Origin: Takakia lepidozioides
Taxonomy: Eukaryota; Plantae; Bryophyta
Length of the DNA stretch: 64,000 nt
Direction of reading: 5' to 3'
Assembly: GCA_030704615.1 (NCBI GenBank)
Contig: CM060731.1
Location: 49,538,001 to 49,602,000 of the forward strand
Shown: positions 46,780 to 59,118 of the stretch, one piece after another
How the letters are laid out: every line of letters starts with the position of its first letter
Numbering within the stretch: position 1 is the first letter of the stretch
Position numbers and translations under genes: made by a program
Notes under the pieces: generated by a model
Told to the model about the DNA's origin: nothing
Databases searched by the model: none
What the model saw: the letters and a program-made list of their open reading frames with translations, nothing else

Positions 46780-49700
46780 ATGTTGAGTTCAAGAGTACTC
46801 AAAGAAGGATGGTTACTCAGTGATTTCTTGAAATCACGACAGAACGAGTCAACAGAAGCAAAGGAATGGAAAACATTCCTGGAAAAATTTCATGGTTTAC
46901 CAAGAGCAATACAACATAAAATCTTTCTTTCAGTCGCGAAAGAAGATGACAAATGGGGATTGGACATACCAAGACTGTTTAAATGGTGCCGAAAAGGAAT
47001 TCTACATATGATGTGGGAATGAATGAGGAAATTAAAGAAAAAGCTAAACAAGACAGAGCTGAACGAATAGAGAAATATGCTTCAGAAAGGGAGGCTCGGT
47101 TAAGAAAAGAGTTCCTAGAATTACAGAACTTGAATATTATTCAAGGTGAGACATCAAGACAAATTGACAGTGATAAACCAGAAGATCAGGAAATCGGATC
47201 GGTGGGAAGTGGGAACACTACACCAGAAGAAGTTGCCAGTAATGTACTTGATGAATGGTTACCACAAGAAAGATCTGAAGGACCTTCTACAGTGACAAGT
47301 CCAAATCGAGGTTTTGCTGAAATATTAGAAGAAAGATTTGAGAACATTTTGAGTGAAGAAGGTGAAAGAAGTGAAAGCACTTCTCCAGAAAGGATAACCA
47401 GAACTGCACTCAAAGCTTTTAAAGATTCATTAAGCTTAGTAAAGACAGCAGCTGGAAGACGACTATCATTGGGACAAGGACCTCCTAGTTTTGAATCACT
47501 GTTTGGAAGACAAACACCAACACCACCACAGCCAGCAGCAGCGGGACCATCCCAGTTTGGGCAACCAGTTGCACCAGCTGCACCGATGGCTTTAACAGCA
47601 AGCAAAACCAGACCACCATTTCCTTTATATGATGGGAAATCTGATCCAGATATCCATCTTAATCAATTTGAAAACATGTGCATCATTCACAATGAAGCAA
47701 CAGACCAAGAGAAGATCCGACTATTTCCTTGTTCAATGGCCCGGAAAGGCATTGAATGGTTGGCAACCTTCCCAGCCAATCACTTTGCGAATCGGGCGGA
47801 TATGAGAGCCGCGTTTCAAGAAAGATATAGATCCAACAAATCCATGTCTGAAATCTTCACAGGATTACAGAACCTAAGACAGAAAAAGAAAGAATTGGTA
47901 GTCGACTATCTGGAGAGAATGAAGACTCTGATAAGGAAGCTACCTCAAGCACCAGGGGATGATTTGCAAAAATCATGGTTCATCAATGGACTTCGTCCTG
48001 AATAAGTAACCATGGTTACAGTCATGCCTAACAACACTTTGGCTGAAGCAGTAGGGACTGCAAAGAAGTTGGAATTGGGATTCCATCAAAGCAGAAGCAA
48101 AGATTCCAAGGATCTCTTGGAGGAAGAATACTCTGATGATGAAGAAAAGCCCAAGCAAAGGAAGAAAGAAGTGATTGACAAAACCACTTTGGATCAGAAC
48201 GAATACAACCACGGAAACAGAATTGGCCGAAGTAATCTGCCAGACCAAGACCCAAATTACCATTGGACAATTATTAAAAATTGCTCCGCACTGCAAGAAA
48301 ACTTTGTTCCGGGCAATCGAGGCATTGACCCCCACACCAAAACAAAAACCAACACCAGAAGTTTACACGATTAAACCCACAACTATACGACAAACTCCCG
48401 ATTACGACGAAGCAATACCCGTGATACAAGTACGTATTGGAAGGAAGATGGTAACGAATGTACTCATCGATGGAGGATCCGGAGTGAATATCATGACAGA
48501 AAAGATGAAGAAGTCACTAGGATTGGGGCACATAGAACCCGCTCCATTCACAGTACGAATGGCTGATCAACGAAAAGTGCAGGTATTGGGGATCATCAGA
48601 CGACTTGCAATGGAAGTAGCAGGACTGGTATACGAAGTATCAGTAACCATTCTCAGAATGGAGGATGTGATAGAAGGATATTCGCTACTACTTGGCCGAC
48701 CATGGTTAACACAAGCCCAATCACACCATGATTGGGGAAGTCAGACTCTCACAATCAAAAATGGAGCAGAACAAGTCACCATCACTACCAAGCAACGAGG
48801 TACTATTCCACGAGAGAAACGACCTTGCATAGTGGAAGAGTATGATTGGTCCAGTGGACTGTCGGATGAAGAAGAAGCCACAGTATACGCAGCACATCCA
48901 CAATTGGAACCTATTGGGCAACTGGTGGTCAAGCGTACCACAACAGTAGGATGTCACATGGTGAACACTCAAGGAGAACCAAATACTTTGAGAACGGAAG
49001 ATTCAGAGGAAGAAGCGATGGACACACCTCAACACCCTGCCCGTTTCTATCAAGAAAGGGAAGAAGACATTCAAATCAGTGAAGTACCTGCCACAATTGC
49101 AACCATCGGACAAGAAATTGCAGGACGGAAGAAACTCAATTGATTCAAGTGAATCTGGGAACAGTGGAAGAACCACAAATAATACGAGTAAGTGCAGGTC
49201 TTGAAGAAACATTTCTACAAGAAGCTACTGCATTATTCACTGAATACAAGGATGTATTTGCCTGGAACTACAAAGATTTGAAGGGTATACCTTCTAATAT
49301 CTGTCAACACCGAATTGAATTGGAAGTTGACACAAAACCAATTCGTCAGAACCGTTACAGAATGAACCCCAACTATGCAGCTAAAGTTTGGGAAGAAATC
49401 AAGAAGTTACTAGATGCAGGATTCATATACCCAGTAGAGACACCACAATGGTTATCGCCCATTGTGATAGTACCCAAGAAAAATGGAAAACTACTAGTGT
49501 GTGTGGGCTACCACAAGTTAAACGCAGGAACCAAGAAAGACCATTTTCCACTACCTTTCACTGAAATAGTGTTGGACACTGTGGCTGGACATGAGATGTA
49601 CTCATTCATGGATGGGTTTAGTGGGCACAACCAGGTACAGATGGCAGAAGAAGACCGAGAAAAGACCGCATTCATCATTGAATGGGGAGCATATGCTTAC

Positions 49701-50050
49701 AAAATCATGCCATTTGGACTTTGCAATGCACCAGCCACATTTCAACGAGCAGTATCTGAGATATTCAAGAACTATCTCAATGATTTTATGCAGGTATTTT
49801 TGGATGATTTCAGTGTCTTCGGACAGAAATCCAAACATTTGGCACAGTTAAAACTTTGCCTACAAGCCTGCAGAAACAATGGAGTAAGTCTCAACCCAGA
49901 AAAATGTACATTGTGTGTGAATTCAGGATTATTATTGGGACACATTGTGTGCCAACAAGGAATTCTGGTAGATCCAAAGAAAGTGGAGGTTATCCAGAAA
50001 ATACCACCACCAGAAAATCCCAAGAAACTCAAGAGATTTCTGGGACAGAC
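46780..50050 (+). pseudogene. gag-pol: gag-PR-RT of a third related Gypsy element, frameshifted, lacking the Zn knuckle and truncated at the end of RT
   Basis: FPLYDGKSDPDIHLNQFE, WFINGLRPE, LIDGGSGVN, MPFGLCNAPATFQ, VFLDDF; collinear with 8740-11660; similarity ends at LKRFLGQT. Confidence 0.93.
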
Positions 50051-50350
50051 GATCTCCCGGAGGGAGTGGAGAGAGTTGGGGTGGCCCCGTGCGCACCTTG
50101 AAGGGGAGCAGGGGGAGGGGAGTGCCCGCGACGCCCGGGCCGAAGCCGAGACGAGAGCCCACGCGAGCACCCCGCCGAAACGCCAAGCCGCGCCCGCTGG
50201 GAGCATCAGCGACGGGGAGCCACCGCCCGCGCCAGGCACTTGGAGTCCTGGCGCCGACGGAGCCCGAGCTGTGGCGCCGGCAGCCGCACCTCGCGATGCG
50301 GCCCCTCTGGGGACAAAAATAGTTCTCTGGTTTGCTTTGCATTGTGTGTG
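50051..50350 (-). other. ITS1 fragment of a 45S rDNA unit
   Basis: GC-rich sequence directly following the 18S 3' end (GGATCATTG-CACACACAATGCAAAGCAAACC). Confidence 0.8.
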
Positions 50351-50759
<409 letters not shown>

Positions 50760-51489
50760 TGTCGCGGCCCTTTGCCTTGAGGGCAGGGGGTCGGGACACA
50801 TGAGGGGCTGCCCCTGTGGTGGGGGCAGCGGCAGCGATAGGTATGGGGGGGCTGAAGCACCCTTGAGTGCCCAAGGCACTCAAGGAGGCGGAGGCGCTCA
50901 CTAGGTGGAGCCCCGCACACCGGGTTGCGGTGGGGGTGGCTCCACAAGGGGTGGTGGTAGCTTAGCGGGACTTAGTAGGGGTGGCATAGGACTCACCATG
51001 GGGGCGGAGACCTCGTGGTGGGAGTCGTGGGGAGTCTTGGGACTCATCACGGTCCAGAGGGGCCGTGGTGAGTGGGCCAAGACTCACCGCGACTCATCAC
51101 CGGGAGTCAAGGGTTTTCGTGGTGGTTCGCCATAAAATGGCATGGCTGGTTGTGAAACCCCCGCGAATAGCTACAGAAGTATATATAAGGGGAGTAGTGA
51201 CCCCGAGAACGGTGCAAGCCCGTTGGTGACCAAAAACTAGTGAGTAAGCGAGCGAGCCGGAAAGCGACCAAAGAGTGGGGAGTTGTTCCGGACTGCCATC
51301 TACCAAAGGGAATTCTCCTAGGCCCAAATAGGTGGAGGGTTTAGTGGGAAGCGAAGGGGGGACCGTTATGTCCGGGTGAGCAGCCGAAGCTCCAAGTTGG
51401 CCCGGGCGGCCAGGTTGGGAGTCAGGCGCGCGCATCGGAGCGAGTAACTATGACTTGAAGGGGAGCTTACCGAAGTGAGGTGCGCGACA
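50760..51489 (+). repeat. 5' LTR (730 bp) of a GC-rich chromovirus-like Gypsy element inserted in 18S rDNA
   Basis: TGTCGCG...CGCGACA terminal inverted ends, TATA-like TATATAAG at ~51182, followed by a PBS. Confidence 0.88.
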
Positions 51490-51491
51490 CT

Positions 51492-51503
51492 TGGTATCAG
51501 AGC
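51492..51503 (+). promoter_or_regulatory. tRNA-iMet primer-binding site
   Basis: TGGTATCAGAGC. Confidence 0.95.
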
Positions 51504-51544
51504 TTAGAGTTCAGTACGCGATCGTCCTTGGGATTGGCCTCATC

Positions 51545-52860
51545 ATGGGGTCGGGCAAGCCAAAGGGAAAGCGGAACGGCCCAAAAGATGATGATCTTGG
51601 TGAGCCCGATGGGGGCGACGTGTCACCGAAGCGGCCGTTTGAGGAAGCGACGCAAGTTTCTGAAAGCGAGGCCGCTCAAGAGCGGGAGGAATCCGAGGAG
51701 TCGGAGCCCGAGGAATCCGTGAGAGCTCCGACCGACCAACAGATGTCTCCCATGCCGGCAGCCTTTTGGGAAGGGTTGTTGGCGCAGTTTGGCGGGACGT
51801 TGAAAGACGTGTTGAAGGCGGCTAATGCCACTTCCACTAAGGCAAAGTTTAAAGTGAAGCCTAAGGAACCCGGCACCTTCGAGGGCGTCCGAAATCGGAA
51901 GGCACTCAACACCTGGCTCCTGGAGCTAGAGCAGTACTTCCGGGCGGCCAAGTTGAGTGACGAGGATCGGGTGGAAGTGGCTCCCACCTATTTGAGGGGC
52001 TATGCTCAACAATGGTGGCAGAAACGCCTTCACGACCGAGGCCCAAGCCCGGAAACCTTGAACTGGAGTGGGTTCAGGGAATTGATGAAGAGACAGTTTG
52101 TGCCCCTCAACGCGTCCTGGCTTGCCCAGGACAAGATGAGGAATTTGAAGCAAACAGATGACATTCGGGGGTATGTCCAGGCTTTCAATGTGCTGTTGCT
52201 CGAAGTCGCGGACATGGCAGAACCAGAAATGGTCTTCAACTTTGTGGCGGGACTGGCCCCATGGGCCAGGCGGAAGTTGGAGGAGAAGCCACCCAAGACT
52301 TTGAACGAGGCAATTGAGAGGGCTGAATGTTTTTCGGATGTCCCTAAGGGTGAGAGACAAGGCCGTACGGAGCTGAACCACAAGAAGACCCGGCGGGAAG
52401 GTGACTCCTTCCGACCGGAAAAGAAGTGGGATAGGCCACGCGGCGACAATGGCACGTGGAAATTGAAGGGAGGGCCTTCACACGTCAAGGCGGCACCCGG
52501 TGCTTCGAAAGGAAAAGCGGGTGGAGCAACTTATGGCGGACAGAAGGCGACCTTTGATGGAGTGTGTTTCAATTGCGGGGAGGCCGGGCACATGGCCCAG
52601 AAGTGCACAAACCTCGACAATTGAACATGACTCGAGCAACCACGGAGCTGTCGGAAGATACCATCAGTCGCTTGGTGGAAGCGGTGGTCGCCAGGACTTG
52701 CAAGGTAGGCAACTATTCTTGTGAGTTGTATCAGGAAACTGGCGCCCTGTGTAAAGGAAGTCAGTTATTGTTCGTGGATGGGATAATATCCGGAACTAAC
52801 GTGTCGTTGTTGGTGGACACAGGAGCGTCGCACTCCTTCATGACACCGGCGGCGGCGCGA
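51545..52860 (+). CDS. gag: gag (open, 51545-52624) followed by a truncated protease in another frame
   Basis: KPKEPGTFEG..WLLELEQYF..YLRGYAQQWW..LKQTDDIRGY..FVAGL; knuckle CFNCGEAGHMAQKC; LVDTGASHSF. Confidence 0.9.
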
Positions 52861-53229
52861 AACAAAAGCACATCTAGCCTTCCACAAGTTCCACAAGTGT
52901 ATGAGCCCTAAGACAGGTCCAGATAGGGCAAACATGAAGCATGCCACTAGGTGTCATGGACATAGCCCATATGAACTTACCAGGAGTAAATACCAGAAGT
53001 TATAAAGTTACCATGTTATCAAAAGTTACCATGACTTACTATGATTTATCATGATCTATCATGATTTACCATTACTTATCAAGTTACCGGGAGTTTACCA
53101 AATTACCAAGAATAACTTAGGAAACTCCTCAGGAAGCTTCTTTTGGAGGAAACTTCTCCATCAAGATACCTCCTTTGTTTAAGGAAGTTTCTCCATCAAG
53201 AAACCTTTCTTTAACACAATTTAACGCTC

Positions 53230-53670
53230 GTAAGAAAGAAATTCTCGGCCCTTGTTGAAGTTATCGATGGATGACCGTTAGTATCAGGGAATATTGACCA
53301 TGAAACTCGGCCCCTTGAAGTGAAGCTTAAAAATCAAGCATCACAAATTGTTTTCAATGTCATTCAGTCTCCAACGATCATGTGATCTTTGGACTTCCCT
53401 AGTTTGTACTTCATAATCCTGACATCGACTGGCGATCACGAAAAATTTCGGCAAGACAAAAATGCAAAAGTACCAAAGGTATTCAACCCTTGTTTCTTGG
53501 AGCTAGAGCCTTCATGAGAGCTACGAAGAAAGACGCGACATTTGCACTTTATGCGACTCCGATCAAAACCACAACAGACCAAGGTACTTCGACATTACCC
53601 ACTCAATATCAAGATTTCAAGTATGTCTTCGAGAAGAAAAATGCAGACATGTTGCCAAAACATCGACCTT
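53230..53670 (+). pseudogene. Fragment of another Gypsy polyprotein (protease C-terminus to pre-RT linker)
   Basis: EVIDG*PL..VFNVIQSP..IFGLP*F.LHNPDIDW..LPTQYQDFKYVFEKKNADMLPKHRP. Confidence 0.75.
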
Positions 53671-56444
53671 GTCAAGTTAAATAAGCACAGTGTGAAAACA
53701 GCTAGAATAAAACTAGTTATTTGTATTTAACACTTGGATTTAGGTCAAGTGTTAAATCAGGTGTCAAGTTTAGTTTGACACCTGGTCCGTCTTATCTTCA
53801 CGAGAGCGGCAGTCGCGCGGCTCATCTTTCTCGAGTTGAGCCTGCGCGACCGAGCTCCTGCATGCGTTTAGATCTGAGTGTACTCATGATGGGAGTGTAG
53901 GTTGTTGTGGGGTGGAGTCCCCATAGCTTGGGGTGTCCCTGGCTCGACTACTATTATAAAGAGTGATAGCGATGGATTTCATATGTTTTGTGTCAACAGT
54001 GTCTCTATGCTTGTTTATCACTCGAGAAAGATGAGCGTTATCTAGTGTGCTGGTGCTAAGCTAGATACAATGTTTGTTTTAGCATTATTATAATATATAT
54101 CTTGGGGGCGGGAGTCCATCTGGCCCTGCTGTTTCCATGGGCTGTGCGCGCAGATTTAGTTGTCGTCTCTGCTCGTGAGTTTGAAAACCAAGAGGTGTGG
54201 AGGTTGAAGACGTTGATAGTTGGCTTCCCTACTCTCTGTCACTTGGACGGAGGGAGACGAGACTTGTGTAAGCTTTGGATTCGGACCCAAAACAGTCGGG
54301 AGTGGCTGGATCACGAAGTGCAAACAGTTTGGGGTGGCGTCATCCCTGGTTGTGGTGGCTTCCTCTGGTGGAGGTGCTGCTGCTGCACCTGCCGGAGAAA
54401 AGGAGAAAATGCGCAGGATGTCGAGACTAAGTATGCAGACATAGGCAGTGAAATGAGAGGCCTGGCAGAGTGGATTGAGAGTTGGTTGCAATCTCCTTAG
54501 TGAAAGAAAATTTAATTTGCCGTGGAGACACAAGATGGTGGAGGTGGCATGGCGATGTCTGTGAGCTCGGTGTTGGCAGAGTGTGGAGCGCTGTGCTTCA
54601 TCTCCGTCGGACGTTGTGTCTTCTTTGCTGATGCAGCTTTGACGACGGAGACTCAAGTGTCTGGCAATCCATTTCTTCTCGCTTGCACTTCCTGCATTTC
54701 CTTTTTGCGATTGCGCGTTCTGTGATGGAATGGCGGAGAAGGTGATGTAAGAGAAGTGTGGAGGTGTGGGGCTCGGGGGCAGCAAGGGAGTGAATGCTAA
54801 TTGGATGGAGGCAGTCACAAGAAGGAAGCGCGGTAGAGTGCCTGGCAAGGTCGTGGCAATGCTGCCCAGTGCCTGCTCTCTGCAAATGCTGAGCGTTCAT
54901 TCTTCAACTTGAAACTGGGGTCGTGCTTCAACTTGCATGTGAGAAAGTAAGGAGGAGTGGGAAGAGGAGCTTGCTGCCTGGCTGGGTCGCGGTGCATTGC
55001 TTTGGTACAGCGGAGAGAGGTAGTCCGGGGATGCCAGCACGTCAAAGGCCTTTTCAATCTTACCTTGCAGCCTGATCCCGAAAGCCATCTCCATAACAAA
55101 GGCCCTGTTGTCCTTGAACAGCGCAATCCCGTCAGTGGTCAGGTTCAGCAGCTCGACTGCCCGATTCGGGGTCGACGTTCATGCCCTTTTGAAGCTGGTT
55201 CCAGGTTCAGCGCATGTTGTTGGAGCACCTGGTAGCCCATCTACAATTGCAGTGGGGGCTGAGAGCTAGTGCCTTCGAGGATTGGCTGATGTTCGTTCGT
55301 GGGGGAAGGAGAGTGTGGCAAGCTCTACAGATGCGAAGGTTTAGCGAGGAGATGGCGATGGCTTCCAACGCAAGTGAAAGACTAAGAAGGTTTAAGGAGA
55401 TTTGCTAATAAAGTGCAAATCGCAGCCTGGTGGAGTGAATGCTCTACCTAATATCTGCTAGACTTGCGCATACTCTGGATTCCGTGGTCGCTCCTCATCT
55501 GTGGGAGACTGGAGTGTGCGTCTCGGGTTCCTGTCCCGGCGGTCACGGGTGTGCTACCAGGAGTTTGCTTCTCAAATATAAAAATGAAGGTGGCGAAGTA
55601 TGTGCCTGCAAGTCGGTGATTGTCCCTCTCTCGATCTGACCAGCCAAGATTCAAGGGCGGCTTGTTCTGACCCCACTGTCTCGCCTTCTGTCTCTCTGGA
55701 AGACGCGGATTGGTCTTCTTCACAGGCAAAACTTGGAAACAATGGTGATATAGGGACTTCCAATTGATTGCATTTCATGGGGCGATCGTTGGTGGTCACC
55801 ATCTGGTCTCGTGCGGACTTGGTTTGGAGTGCCTTGTCGTCAGCGAAGTGTTGCTCGTCAGGGATGTGCATGTCGCTGACTCCTTCGTCCCCTTCGATTA
55901 GGTCCAACCTGGCAGAGCAGAGCCTAAACTGAGCAGAGCCTTCGTCTTTGTTGCTCACCCTGGTCGTATCCTGTTTCACTAGAGTGTAGAGGTTGAGGGA
56001 AGCCTATGGGGTGCTAAGCCTGTCGAGTAGGGGTGTGTACTGGTGATACGAGCGTGGGTCAGGGAGCTACTTGGTTCAAGCGCAAAGGATCAAAGCCCTG
56101 GAGTCAGCATAGTCGGGGAACGGCCTCGGGAACCCGTAGATAACATGGGAACAGGGAACCTAGACAAGTATTAAAAAAAAAATTAAAAAAAGAAAAAGAA
56201 AATGTTATATTTAAAGAGCCTGGTTGGTCATATCTTTGTCAAATGAGCTCCGTTTGACTCAGTTTTTGGGGGGATAGCTGCAGAAAGGGGAAATCTACCT
56301 ATCTAAACCTGGTTTCTGTTTTGGGACTCTGCTAAAAATCTATGGAATTTTTAGAGTGTGAGTGTGCCATGAAAGGTCCACAATCCTGTCTCTAGAACCT
56401 GTGCTGGTCTATATGAGAGACAAATCTGTGGATGTACTCCTTGC

Positions 56445-57194
56445 ATGGCTGGGGGAAATGAGGACGTAATTGAAGGGCAGGTCTCTTCTCTTAGCCTGTG
56501 CACACAAGGGGACAGGATTTATGTTTCCCAAGGAACTCAGACTAATTTGAGTGGAGAACAGTTGGACGAGTTGATTGCATACTGGGAGTCAGGCATTAGC
56601 AGTAGACAACAGACTGCTGTAGTTGGCATTGAGGGCCTCAATATCGCCTTGGACAGTCAGAACTTTGTTGGAGCCAGCAGTTCTGCAGCTGTAGGTGAAA
56701 TACCAAAGTGGGTGAAAGCTAGGCTTGGAACAAAGCCAAAGACAGCCCCGGGGACCAAGGTGTTCAGCCACAAGGCCGTGGTGTACTGGAGCAGAGGAGC
56801 AGGAGCTGCACAAGTTTGTGCAATTAGACAGTGTTGCAGCCGGACACGCTCTGCACAAGGCAACCACGAGCGGGGGTTCATTAGCAATGACATGTTTGTT
56901 GTGCGTGAAGGAGATGCAGTCATTCGCAATGAGGACACCCGCAACCGTCTCAAAGCTTTCGAGTTGAGAGACTATCAGACCCTACCTTTGTTTTCTTTAG
57001 TGTTCAGTGAGCGGGAGATAGCAGAGTGTTGCTTTGTCTCTACCTGGCAGAAAGAGGAGGAGGGTTGGTTAGAGCGAGCTACTGTAGCTTGGGACAAGGT
57101 TAGTGGCAGGTTTCTGGACATAGATATACCTCCTACACCTTACCATCAAGCAGAGCGAGACACTTTGAGAGAAGTCTGGAAGTTGATAGCATAG
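56445..57194 (+). CDS. 249-aa ORF of unknown function, probably the upstream ORF of a retrotransposon
   Basis: Uninterrupted ATG-TAG frame about 500 bp upstream of a gag-like fragment on the same strand. Confidence 0.5.
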   Translation: MAGGNEDVIEGQVSSLSLCTQGDRIYVSQGTQTNLSGEQLDELIAYWESGISSRQQTAVVGIEGLNIALDSQNFVGASSSAAVGEIPKWVKARLGTKPKTAPGTKVFSHKAVVYWSRGAGAAQVCAIRQCCSRTRSAQGNHERGFISNDMFVVREGDAVIRNEDTRNRLKAFELRDYQTLPLFSLVFSEREIAECCFVSTWQKEEEGWLERATVAWDKVSGRFLDIDIPPTPYHQAERDTLREVWKLIA

Positions 57195-57713
57195 ATTAGG
57201 ATTAGATCTTGCTTGGGCGGGCTTCTATTCTTCTCCTCCATCTCTGTACTATTTTCATTACCTTGTACTTGCAGTTGCCAAAGCCTCTCTTGGTGGAGGC
57301 CAGTCAGTCCGGGGTTTTGGGCTGGGATATTCTGCAGGATCAGCGTTGCTGCTGGATTTTGGTGTGGGGGTGTTGATGTTTTGATTTCTTGTGTTTGGAT
57401 CCCCCCCAACACCTGCATGCTTGACTGTGCGCCATGTTGGTTTTGTGTGGGCGCTTGCTTTCATAGGGATTAGGCCGGATTTGATCACCGGTCAATCCTA
57501 GAGTATGCTGTCGGTGGTGAGGCTGGAGTGATGACCAGCAAGACCACCCGTGTTTCTTCTATGGTGAGGCTGGGTTGATGACCAGCCAACCATAGGAGTT
57601 CTTGCGGTGGATGCAGGTACAGGTGCCCTGAGCCATTGGGATATGACCCTTAGACTGCAACAGGTGCCCACCCGTGTCACTATTAGATTAGTACTAGAGC
57701 CTTATAGTGTCAC

Positions 57714-58092
57714 GTGGAGGAGGTGCACATTGTGAGTGTCATTACGGAGTTACCCAAGGGTTTTGAGGGGAGTACGGCTACAGGCAGTAACAGTGAGAGT
57801 GGGTTCACAAGACGAGGTATTCGGTTCAGACCACCTTCACCGCCACCCTCAATTACTGTAGAGTCAGACACAGACTCGGAGGCTTCATCAACAGGTGTGC
57901 ACTTTCATTCGCCATTGTTGTGGGACGACATGGAGGAGATGTATGGAGCTACCAAGGGGCCTCGTAGGTACTCTGGAGCTGTGGGCACAATCGAGTTGGA
58001 TGACTTTATCCAGGAGTTCGACAGCTGGTGTGATTTGTAGCAGATGCGCAATCCACAGCTATTCACCCCATTCATGGCGTGGAAGGGACTGT
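57714..58092 (+). pseudogene. gag-like N-terminal fragment, cut by the LTR at 58093
   Basis: PRRYSGAVGTIELDDFIQEFDSWCDL*QMRNPQLF resembles the P..YSG....FL..F start of retrotransposon gag. Confidence 0.5.
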
Positions 58093-59080
58093 TGTCGCGC
58101 GGCTTTTACTCACCCATCCCTTTGCTATCCGAGGCGGAAACTCCAAGATAGAAGAGTTGGAAATCTCTAAGTACTCAGCCCGCGCAGAACAATCAGTCAT
58201 GACCTACAGCTAGTGTATCATGGGGGTGTTTCCTATTTGTTTCCCTTTCCGCATTCATCTTAGCTACCTTACCATTGATAATTAAGTATCAGTTTGCTTC
58301 ATCAATCTATCAGTTTCCTTCACTCTTTCATTCAATCCACAGCTTCACTCAGATCTCTCTATACAGTGTGATTGTATCGCATAAGTATCCGATTATGATT
58401 TATCAGGTATCAGGCCGAAGCCATTGTGTCTCTAATCTCCTCTACAATATCACTACAGCTTTGCATATAACAAGCATCTACTAATCCTCTTTCCTCCTTC
58501 ACCGTGCTCTCCATCTTTTGCTTCCGATCTCCGCTCCAGCCTGACTAAGAAGTCCTCCTCCGAATAATGATCCCTTTCAATTCCCCGTTTTTCCCTTTAT
58601 CTTCCTATCCGCAGTTCTAACCGTTTCCCTCACTAACCGTCGTCTGTGAACTAACATGTTCCCTTCGCAGGTGTTGTTCCCCACAGTCGTTCCCTGTCCT
58701 ACTCTTCGTTCCCTATGATCGTGACAGCTGTGTCAAGCTGTGACTGGCTGTGTGAAACTGTGACGGGCTGTGACTGGCTGTGCGACTGTGTTTGGCTGTG
58801 TTGGCTGTGTGGGCTGTGACGACTGTGACGGGCTGTGTTGGCTGTGTGGGCTGTGACGACTGTGACGGGCTGTGTGGGCTGTGTGGGCTGTGACGACTGT
58901 GACGGGCTGTGTTGGCTGTGTGGGCTGTGACGACTGTGACGGGCTGTGTTGACTGTGTAACCCCCCTCTACAGTGCGCTGCTGTCACCCCTAAGGCTCCT
59001 GTTGGTCTCAGTCTGTGCAAAAATTAAGGGTACCCTACAGATCCCGTATAAGTGTCTAAGTCCCCTACAGTCCTCTAACA
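58093..59080 (-). repeat. 3' LTR (988 bp) with expanded CACAGCC/GGCTGTG tract (58720-58960)
   Basis: Reverse complement reads TGTTAGAGGA...AAAAGCCGCGCGACA, homologous to the 6481-7302 LTR. Confidence 0.93.
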
Positions 59081-59118
59081 TTACCCCTTCCCCCCTCAAA
59101 AAGCCGTGTCCTCACGGT

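Noticed and set aside
54300-54410. Ribosomal L12/P-protein-like peptide (FGVASSLVVVASSGGGAAAAPAGEKE)
   Set aside because: Short, low complexity and without flanking domain support.
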